Assembly (NCBI GenBank): GCA_965153355.1
Contig: OZ231126.1
Span: 47,554,001 to 47,618,000, forward strand
Origin: Flaccisagitta enflata
Lineage: Eukaryota
DNA: 64,000 bases
Reading direction: 5' to 3'
Part shown: in pieces, positions 36,458-44,743 of the stretch
Layout: each line of letters starts with the position of its first letter
How positions within the stretch are numbered: the first letter of the stretch is position 1
Notes under the pieces: generated by a model
What the model was told of the DNA's origin: nothing
What the model saw: the letters and a program-made list of their open reading frames with translations, nothing else
Database searches by the model: none
Made by a program: the position numbers and the translations under genes

Positions 36458-37510
36458 TCACTCCTCCTTTCCCTCCCTTTCCTCCTCCCCCTTCCTCCTC
36501 TCCTCCCTCCGCGCGCGGTCCTGTTTCACTAGCATCATTGCTGGTACCATAGTGTTGAGCTCAGAGGCGTTTAGCAGGTCTTGACCTACTCTGTTAGTGA
36601 CGCAGTTCATTGCTGCTAGGATCGGGCCACTGTTGATCGCTGTTAGATTCGCCACTGGTGTGTTGTTGAGTGCATAAGCGTCGTGGCCGTATCTTTTTAC
36701 CGCCTCCGCATACGCGCTTAGGAATCCGAGGACGGAGTAGTTGTGGGCGTCGATGACGTTTCGACTTGTGCGCTGGACGTGGTCGAGATGCATCATAGCA
36801 GAGGCCGCTTGACTGAAGGCCCCCGAGGTGATGTCCGCCACTGACATCTGCGTGTGCTGGGTCGAGTACCCCATTACTGAGTAAGTTATTGATTTGTTTT
36901 GTTCAGTCACCCTTAGGTCTGAAGTTAGTTTGTCTGTTAATTGGGGTCCGTCGGCTATACAGCCCGAGTCAGAGCCCTCATTCATTTTTAGTTTTTCTAG
37001 TTTGTTAATTTCTATTGTTAGTAGATTCATTAATCTCAAGTCAGTGTCATTAGGTTCCTCTCTAAAACCGTCTGATGTCTCCTTATAGTATTGGTTGAGT
37101 TGGTCTAGTTTAGATTGCAGTTTCCCCTTAGAGACTTCTGGGAACAGTCTGAAGGGATTGTCAAAGTACGGCAGAGAGGAGGGGTCCGAAGAGGCTCCTC
37201 CCTGTTCTCGTTTGGCGCCGGCGTCGGCGCCGTCGGTTTTAGTGGGCGTTTGCTGTTGTCCGGGTGGCGCCGGCTTTGATGGCGGCGCTGATGCTGGTGT
37301 TGGTGTTGCTGCGGTTTTGTCGAGAGCCGCTGCAGACGCCTTTTCTGTCGCCGACGTTGCTGCTGCGATTGGTGAGACGTCGACGGTCGGGATTTTAGTG
37401 GGCGTTGGAGCGGCTGCAGACGGGGTGGAGTGGAACACCTCGTCAGCTGATGCATCTCCATCGTCAGCCTGTTTTGGGTTGCGATTTTTGACAAGGAGTT
37501 ATACATTCAT
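36458..37510 (-). CDS. Putative extra ORF (ORF3) of the LINE, unknown function
   Basis: 326-codon ORF from GTG 37438; the frame is open back to 37498, and an in-frame ATG at 37510 is cut off by one TAA at codon 4. Same strand and ORF1-like Ala/Thr/Pro-rich composition; non-repetitive C-terminal half. Confidence 0.55.
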
Positions 37511-37920
37511 TCCGAGTTTGTTAAATTAATCAATCAACTGTTAGTGGCAATACATTTCATTTATGCAGGAGCGGTGCACCAGTCATTCAGTCATTCAATC
37601 ATCAATGTTATTAGCCATCATTATTATTGCTATAATTGAAGTATTAAGACCATGATTATAAGAACAGATAGGAGATGAAGAAGAACAACAGCAACAACAT
37701 TGGGCTTTGTGTCTATATAGTACCGTGAGGCAGCACAGAAGTGCCCGACATCTGCTACTCTTTACTGTTTTGTGCAGTCTGGTACTCTTTATCTTTTCAA
37801 GAGCTACTCTCTCGCTGTCTCTTTTCTCTGTTTTACTGGTCACATTGAAGGATCCAGAGATCCAGTCAGTCATCTGGGATAGAACGATATCTGTTATTGT
37901 TACTGTCATTTGTTAAATTG

Positions 37921-40866
37921 TTAGTTGTGATTGTGTGGAACCATGAAGACACATTCTGGGCATGAGCTTGGTATGGTAAGTGTTTTGAGATGGTCCAGGT
38001 GGATGTCTAGTGGGGACTTATTAGTCTTACAGGCCCGCTTAGTTATTGCTCTTTTTCTGTACTTATGCATTAGAGATTGAGGACATGTCTTGTGTATCCT
38101 TGTTAGGGTGTTGTGTGCTCTTTTGATAATGGTTTCTTGTATGCAGGTTGCTCCAGTGCTGCTCATTGTGGACTCGTTTGATGCCTTTCTTGGTATTCCT
38201 GCAAAAGCCTTTAAGGCTCTAAATTGGATGTCTCTTATGTGTTTCCAGTGATGATCTGCCATTGGGAGGTAGGCACTTGATCCATAATCAAAGAGTGAAG
38301 TAACAAGAGCATTAAAGAGCTCATGTATGAGTTTTGGCTTGACTTGATTGCCAGATTCAGCTAACCTTTTAATTTGCCATATTCTTGGCCAGGCTTTCCC
38401 ACAGAGGGACTTTATGTATTCACCCCATCTTAGCTGCTGATCTAATCGGATACCCAGAAATGTAGCACTTTTTGTGACTGGTATTTTTTCTCCAAGGAGT
38501 TTCACCTCTGGGTGTGCATCAAATTTTCCTGGTGATCTAGTGAATGCAACTATTTGAGATTTAGAGGGTGCAGGAAGTAGTCTCCACTTCCTGCACCAAC
38601 CTTCTATGGCATCAAGAATTTCTTGCAGTCTGGTTGAGGATTCTACTAAAGTGGGTCTGGAGACCCATTCGCCTGTATCATCTGCGTAGCTAGACGACGA
38701 ATCTTCAGTGTGTTTGGTGTAGATAAGTGGTTCCTCTTGGTCTACTGGCTCTGTCTTGTATGATGCTACTGTTTCATTTTTTTGTTGATCCAGTTGCTTC
38801 TGGTTGAGATCTCCACCTGGGAGATCATAAGTAAAAAAAGTGTATATGCCAGGAGAATTCACGCCCCCTTGTGGGGCTCCGGCATCTATGTGTCTCATTT
38901 CTGTGTTTAGTTTTCCATTGCTTATGAATATCTGTCTTTCTTCAAGGAAGCTGCCCAATATTCTTATAAGCCATTGTGGGAGTTTGCTTCTTAGCATCTT
39001 AAATTTGGCCCCATTGGTCCAAAGTGCGTCGAACGCTTTACTAATATCTAGGAAGCAACCTATGGTGATCTTTCTCGATTTCAGGCCGTGGTGAATATCT
39101 TCCACCAGCCTATGAATTGCCTCTTGGCAGGATCTTCCAGCAAGGAATCCTGCTTGCTTTGTTCTGTGGAGGCCTAGCTTTTGTCTCCAGTTTTGGAACC
39201 TTCCATTGATATATCTCTCAAAGATCTTTCCAATTACATTTGTTAGTGAAATTGGCCTGTAACTGCCTGATTGAGTTTTATCCTTATTGGGTTTGATAAT
39301 CATTATGATTTTGGCTATTTTCCATGATGCTGGAAAGTAGCCTTTCTTGACACAGGCACGGAAGATTATGTTCATCCATTTGATCATATTCTCTCTAAAG
39401 TGTTTGACATCTTGATGGTTTATACCGTCCGGCCCAGCTGAGCCATTGTTTTTAATTTTCTTAATCAATTCTACCGTATTTTCCTGATTGATATTCACTT
39501 CCATTTCTATTTCTTTTTCTTCTTCTTCAGTTAGTGACTCGTATAGCTTTGGCCATTCCTGGCTTACAGCCTTTTCAACTTCATCCTTCCATTCTTCATC
39601 CATGTAGTCGGCCGTTGCTGTACTGCAGGTCTTGACCATCCTGTCAAGGTGAACTTCAAGGTTTTCCTGCTCGCTGGCTGCCCAGCTTCCATCTTCTTTT
39701 TTCAAGGCTGTGGTTGCCTCGTTATAGATTCTTTCTCTATTCATTATTACATTCATTTTGCGCCATCTCTTTGCTGGGTCTTTTTCTTTAAGCATCTTGT
39801 TTATTTGTTGGAGTTTCTTGTTCCCGTCTAGTTTGGCCAGGCGTCTTTTTATTTCTCTGTTTAGGAAATTTATTCTGGCCTTAGTTTCATTCTGTGTTTC
39901 TATGTCTTTTTTCCTCTTTCTCACCAATTTTCTTCTTTCTGTTATGAGTGAGTTTGTCTCTTTGTCTATTGGTATATCTTTAGAGGTTCTTACTTTTAAT
40001 TGTATTGTATGCATTGCTTTGGCATCTTGGACAGTTCTCGTCATTTCTTCTATGGAGCTATCTATCTCTTCTCTGGTTTTTGGCTCTGTCAGCTTGGTTG
40101 GGTCAATTAGTTGCTCTAGTGTTTCACCAAAGCCTTCATAGTCAATTGTGGTGATTGTTGTCTTTGTGTTTTCTTTTCTTTCTTTCTGAATGCTGATTTC
40201 CAATTGGAGTGGTAGATGGTCGCTGCCAAAGTGGTCAGCTACAATGAGTTCTTCTGCCATTTCTAGTCCTTTTCTGTTTGTTAGACAGAGGTCAAGAATA
40301 TTATCTCTTCCTTCCCCTGCACAGAGGTATGTTTTTTCTTCATTGTGAATGGGAATGAGGTTGTATTTCGAGATCAAGTCAACTAGTTCCTTGCCAGCCG
40401 GTGAGTCTAAGTTGCCCCCTAGGGCAGTGTGTTGACTATTGAAATCCCCCATAAGGAATAGTGGGAGATTTTCTTCTTGTGCTATGTGGGTGATTTGTGC
40501 AATCTGACTTTCTGAAATTACGTTACCAGGTCTGTTGTAAATGGTTGAAACAAGCAGAGGAATGATTCCTGTCTGAACTTTTGCGATTAGGCACTCAGGT
40601 GTGATGGCTTTGTATTCTTGTGCAAAAGTGTCTTTGTCCATTACTAATGCCGAGTCTTTTACCAGTATTGTGGACATGTCTTTGAATTTCATATCCCTCA
40701 TGTCTGTTGTTCTTATGTCGTTAAAGAGATATAGCGACTTTTTCCCTTCCTTTTTATTTCTGTCAATGAGACTATTGAGTAGATGTAACCGTGTAGGTTT
40801 CCCATTTGTATTACCTTGAAAGAGGTAGAGACGGTCACCTCCTTGTTTTTGCTCCGCCCTTGCCAT
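37921..40866 (-). CDS. LINE ORF2, AP-endonuclease plus reverse transcriptase (981 aa)
   Basis: APE motifs FQGNTNG, IYNRPG, GDFNSQH, LDLCLT, GSDHLP. RT motifs YRPISLT, QAGF, FLDISKAFD, GAPQGG, YADD, FLGI. Overlaps the ORF1 end by 32 nt. Confidence 0.95.
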   Translation of the reverse strand: MARAEQKQGGDRLYLFQGNTNGKPTRLHLLNSLIDRNKKEGKKSLYLFNDIRTTDMRDMKFKDMSTILVKDSALVMDKDTFAQEYKAITPECLIAKVQTGIIPLLVSTIYNRPGNVISESQIAQITHIAQEENLPLFLMGDFNSQHTALGGNLDSPAGKELVDLISKYNLIPIHNEEKTYLCAGEGRDNILDLCLTNRKGLEMAEELIVADHFGSDHLPLQLEISIQKERKENTKTTITTIDYEGFGETLEQLIDPTKLTEPKTREEIDSSIEEMTRTVQDAKAMHTIQLKVRTSKDIPIDKETNSLITERRKLVRKRKKDIETQNETKARINFLNREIKRRLAKLDGNKKLQQINKMLKEKDPAKRWRKMNVIMNRERIYNEATTALKKEDGSWAASEQENLEVHLDRMVKTCSTATADYMDEEWKDEVEKAVSQEWPKLYESLTEEEEKEIEMEVNINQENTVELIKKIKNNGSAGPDGINHQDVKHFRENMIKWMNIIFRACVKKGYFPASWKIAKIIMIIKPNKDKTQSGSYRPISLTNVIGKIFERYINGRFQNWRQKLGLHRTKQAGFLAGRSCQEAIHRLVEDIHHGLKSRKITIGCFLDISKAFDALWTNGAKFKMLRSKLPQWLIRILGSFLEERQIFISNGKLNTEMRHIDAGAPQGGVNSPGIYTFFTYDLPGGDLNQKQLDQQKNETVASYKTEPVDQEEPLIYTKHTEDSSSSYADDTGEWVSRPTLVESSTRLQEILDAIEGWCRKWRLLPAPSKSQIVAFTRSPGKFDAHPEVKLLGEKIPVTKSATFLGIRLDQQLRWGEYIKSLCGKAWPRIWQIKRLAESGNQVKPKLIHELFNALVTSLFDYGSSAYLPMADHHWKHIRDIQFRALKAFAGIPRKASNESTMSSTGATCIQETIIKRAHNTLTRIHKTCPQSLMHKYRKRAITKRACKTNKSPLDIHLDHLKTLTIPSSCPECVFMVPHNHN

Positions 40867-43800
40867 TGCTGGTGGAGGTCGTCAGGGCTTTTGCTTCCAG
40901 GTTGCCCTTGTTCATGGAGACGCTCGGGATGCCCGTCGTCGTCTGTCTTCTTGGGATGCTGCTTGGTTTTGTCGCTGAGGAGGGAGGAAGAGGAGGCGGC
41001 AGCTCCCTCGACAGTACTGCTGTTGCTGGTTGCCAGATTATCGTTTGGCTTAGTGGCGGTGTTGGTTGCGTTGTTGACGTTGCAGTTGCTGTTGCTGTTG
41101 TTGACGCTGCTGCTGATGTCATTGACGCTGTTGTTAGTGGCGTTAGTGTTGTTAGTGTTGAGCTCGCTGTTAGTGGCGTAGTTGTTGGGGCGCTGGCGAT
41201 TGCCCCTCCTCCTCCTAGTGTTGTTTGGTGCTGTTTTGGGTTCACTAGTGTTGACGCCGTTAGAGCTGCAGCCGGCGTCGTCGTTGACCATGGCATCGGC
41301 CCAGAGAGTTGGCTGTGGTGGTTGATCTGGGAGGACGAGGCGTAGTGTGGGAAGATCGTTGGTTGACTGAGGCAGGTCCGGTGGAGGAATTGCCCGCCGT
41401 GAGTCTGCTGTTGTTGTGTTGGCGCCGTTTCCATTTGCAGGCTTCCCGTCTGGGTTTGAAGACTTGCTGGATGGAGTTGGCCTGTTTGAATGTGATCAAT
41501 GAGCCTTTTAAGACCATTTTCATTGAAAGTCACTAGACCATTAAACTTTAACTGGGCATGAATGTCAGCTATTAGTGGGGAGTTATTCATGGCTGTGTGT
41601 AATATGCCATTATTACTGTTGTTGTTATAACCTGTGTTTGCCATTTCTCCTAGTCTTGTCTTTGTTGTCTTTTCTGTCACTAGTGGAGGAGGAGGATGAG
41701 GATGAGCGTCTGGTTCCTTTCGTTGGCCTGAATGGTTATTCGTCATTTGTTTATTTTCAGTGCCATTAGAAGAACTGTTAGGAGTTACCGGTCTCTTGTC
41801 TTGAAGCATTGGGTCAAGAGACAGTTTTATGGCCTTCAGTCTACTTTCATACCTTTGAAGAGCATCCTTGTTTTTCACTGATGTTGGAACACTAGTTGAA
41901 GCTGATGTGGGCGCCGGTGGTTGGTGGTCGTCGCCCACCTCCATGGTTTCGGCCGCCTTTGCCCCATCAGGTTCTGCGGCGTCTTGCTGGTCTTCTTCAT
42001 GGCTAGTGAGGCCTGCAATGTGTGAGCAAAGTTGTTCTACAACTCCAGTTAAGTCATAGATTATCTTTGTCAGTTCTCTGTGGTTTAGTTCATCATTTTT
42101 GGGTTTGGTGATTACATCTGATTCATTGGTTAGGTCAATGACATTTGCCACTGCACCCTCTACGGCTCTGGTGTCTGTTGTTTGTTGGCGTGATGTTGGG
42201 TCTACAGGTGTGGGCAAGTATTGTGATTTTGCCCCTCTTACTGGTGGGAATTCTTCCTGACTGGGTACAAATGGCATTGGCCACATGTCTGTTGGTACTG
42301 TACCGTTCATCATTGGTGGATATGGTACTGAAGTATTTGTCATTGATGGGAATGGTACATACTGAGGTGGCTGGCCAAATGGCGGTGGGCCTACTGGTGC
42401 CAATACTTTCCCCCAGATGCTAGGTGGGGGGTTGCTAAATTGGTAGTCTGTCTCTCTAGTGTGATGTTGGTCATCATCAATATAGTCAGAATAGTTGCCA
42501 TTGGGTGCTTTTTTCATACCTTGTTTGTATTCTCGCTGGACCGGACAGTCCTTGTGAGTGGAGAGGGCCCCTTTTTTTCCACAGTTGACGCATTGCCAAT
42601 CTTTCTCTGGACATTTTGTCGGTTTGCCGTCTGGGCCATAGTGAAGTGGTTTGCCGCAGCGGAAGCAGATTTGCTTTTTGGGAGTGGGGCAGTCTCTTCT
42701 TTCGTGGCCCCAGTTCTGGCATCCGAAGCACTGACCCGTGCTTTGTCGATAGGCCTCAACTTGAAACCTTCCGACACCGCCCGGGCCAGTGATGAATTCT
42801 GCCTGCAGGACTTCGTCGGCTTGCTGCTTTGACTTGAAGGTGAGTTTGGCAGATTTCTTTGGGGCGTTTTCGTCCTTGGTCATTATGACCACTTCGGTCA
42901 CATCATATCCATAGTTGAGGAGCTCTGCCTTGAGTTCTTCTACTTTGACGGACCGGGGTATCTTGTGCATGACGATGGCTTTAGTAGCATTCATCCTGTG
43001 TGACATAGAAGGAATAATTAGTGGAGTAAGATGAGACCATGTTTCTTTTTTTAGGGCTCTACTGTAACTTTCCATATCATCTGCAAACAGGATTACTTCA
43101 CCTTTGAAGTTTATAATTATACTATGGACCTTTATGTTAATCTTATTTTTGTCAATCAAGTCCATGATCTTTTTTGAGACTGTCCAGTCACTGTCCTTCC
43201 AGCCTGATGGCCAGTTAGTATTGAGCATTACTGCAAACTGTTTTTTATCAGCTGGCATGTTTCTGCTATTTGCTTTGTTTTTATTTCTTTGACTTGTTGG
43301 TGTTAACATTCTTGCACTGCTCCGGTCAGAATCTGACTCGCTGGCTGCATTACTGCTAGACCCATGGTTAGACCAAGAGTTTTGTCCATAGGATGGACTG
43401 AGGTGATGCGGGTGGGTCTGTTGTAATACTCGTTGTTGGTCCTGGTTTCTTTTCTGGGTATTATGATCGTTGTCTTTAGGCCCGTGGACTTTGACCGTAG
43501 GTATAGTGCCAGTTGAGGAAGTTACTGTTGTAGTTGCCGTGTTTATTCCAGTTGTATTGGTGGTGGTAGAGGAGCCAGTTCTAGATATAGCCATAGAGAC
43601 ATTGGTGGAAGCGAGGCTATTCCCCGCTATCTGTGACACTGGTGCACCGCTTACCTGCTGTATTGCCAGGGCAGCCGGAGGTGACGTAGTCGTGGGTACC
43701 GTAGCCGAAGTTGGCGTAGCTTGCGTCTTTTCTGATGTTGGGGTAGTCTGCGACTCGGCTACTGTAGTTGTTGGCGGAGTTTGGCTGCCGTCTGACTTCG

Positions 43801-44302
43801 AAGTTGGTGGCTGCGTTGTCACGGACTTTAGTGGTTGTTGGTGTGCCGCCGCCCCTTTTGGCGGCGGCGTGGGCGACGATGACGCTGCCTTCGCTACCTC
43901 GCTGGTAGTTCTAGTGGAGCTAGTGTCACTTAGTGTGGCGGACGTGACCGAGTCTTCGTCCCTTCGTGGGCTTTTATTTCTTTGCGCTTTGTCCGGCGAA
44001 GAATCTTCTAGTTCTTTACGCTTTCTGAGAAAGTTACTGATACTTTGCTGGGAATGATCCACAGCTTTATGCTTCCTCTTAACTTTCTTTTTATAAGCTA
44101 TTTCAGCGTCGGATTTTTCAGTGTCTGCGTCAATATCTGAAAGAATGGGGTTAGAATCATTAGATGACATGTTAGAGACATTCGAGTGATTAGACTCTGT
44201 AGCGTTGTCTAGTATATCGCGAGATTCTTTTGCTTGGGCAGGGTCCTCCGGGTCGGCTCCTGCCCTTTCATTCTTTCCTTTTTTATCCTGTCGCGAGGAC
44301 AT
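40835..44302 (-). CDS. LINE ORF1, gag-like nucleic-acid-binding protein (1155 aa)
   Basis: PRE_C2HC-like segment KAIVMHKIPRSVKVEELKAELLNYGYDV followed by knuckles CFGCQNWGHERRDC, CFRCGKPLH..C, CVNCGKKGALSTHKDCP. Confidence 0.9.
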   Translation of the reverse strand: MSSRQDKKGKNERAGADPEDPAQAKESRDILDNATESNHSNVSNMSSNDSNPILSDIDADTEKSDAEIAYKKKVKRKHKAVDHSQQSISNFLRKRKELEDSSPDKAQRNKSPRRDEDSVTSATLSDTSSTRTTSEVAKAASSSPTPPPKGAAAHQQPLKSVTTQPPTSKSDGSQTPPTTTVAESQTTPTSEKTQATPTSATVPTTTSPPAALAIQQVSGAPVSQIAGNSLASTNVSMAISRTGSSTTTNTTGINTATTTVTSSTGTIPTVKVHGPKDNDHNTQKRNQDQQRVLQQTHPHHLSPSYGQNSWSNHGSSSNAASESDSDRSSARMLTPTSQRNKNKANSRNMPADKKQFAVMLNTNWPSGWKDSDWTVSKKIMDLIDKNKINIKVHSIIINFKGEVILFADDMESYSRALKKETWSHLTPLIIPSMSHRMNATKAIVMHKIPRSVKVEELKAELLNYGYDVTEVVIMTKDENAPKKSAKLTFKSKQQADEVLQAEFITGPGGVGRFQVEAYRQSTGQCFGCQNWGHERRDCPTPKKQICFRCGKPLHYGPDGKPTKCPEKDWQCVNCGKKGALSTHKDCPVQREYKQGMKKAPNGNYSDYIDDDQHHTRETDYQFSNPPPSIWGKVLAPVGPPPFGQPPQYVPFPSMTNTSVPYPPMMNGTVPTDMWPMPFVPSQEEFPPVRGAKSQYLPTPVDPTSRQQTTDTRAVEGAVANVIDLTNESDVITKPKNDELNHRELTKIIYDLTGVVEQLCSHIAGLTSHEEDQQDAAEPDGAKAAETMEVGDDHQPPAPTSASTSVPTSVKNKDALQRYESRLKAIKLSLDPMLQDKRPVTPNSSSNGTENKQMTNNHSGQRKEPDAHPHPPPPLVTEKTTKTRLGEMANTGYNNNSNNGILHTAMNNSPLIADIHAQLKFNGLVTFNENGLKRLIDHIQTGQLHPASLQTQTGSLQMETAPTQQQQTHGGQFLHRTCLSQPTIFPHYASSSQINHHSQLSGPMPWSTTTPAAALTASTLVNPKQHQTTLGGGGAIASAPTTTPLTASSTLTTLTPLTTASMTSAAASTTATATATSTTQPTPPLSQTIIWQPATAVLSRELPPPLPPSSATKPSSIPRRQTTTGIPSVSMNKGNLEAKALTTSTSNGKGGAKTRR

Positions 44303-44704
44303 TATTGTTATGGGTGCTTAACAGCTGGGAGTGTTGATTTGCTTCTATACTTAGCCAGGACCTGATTGAGCATAGTGCATTTTTGCATGTGGCTTTTGGA
44401 AGCGGTTTTATTTAACCGGCTGGACTAATGTCCGTTCCAGTGTGGTGTATATAGTGAGTGGTGTAATACCACACTACACACACACTGGCGCTCTCTCTCT
44501 ATATAGTATATTGCAGTATATACTAGGTATTGACTCGGTATAGCAAGCGTAGTAGTATAGGACTTAAGCGTTAAAACGCCTAAGTGTGAGATTTGGCCGG
44601 ACTTAAGCGTTTTTAGTCGGATCGAGAGAACTCGTTCAGAAACAGAGTCTCGATTTTTTTCCAAAAAATAATTCGGAGGAGCTTGCGACTGCTCGCGACC
44701 GAGT

Positions 44705-44743
<39 letters not shown>

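Larger units (their letters stand above)
35283..44706 (-). mobile_element. Apparently full-length non-LTR retrotransposon, Jockey/I group
   Basis: Intact gag-like ORF1 and APE-RT ORF2. The 3' end (minus strand) ends in TTGAATC-type repeats at ~35283-35305; a CAGTCGC initiator-like motif lies near 44690; (GA)n tracts on both flanks. The 5' boundary is inferred. Confidence 0.8.
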
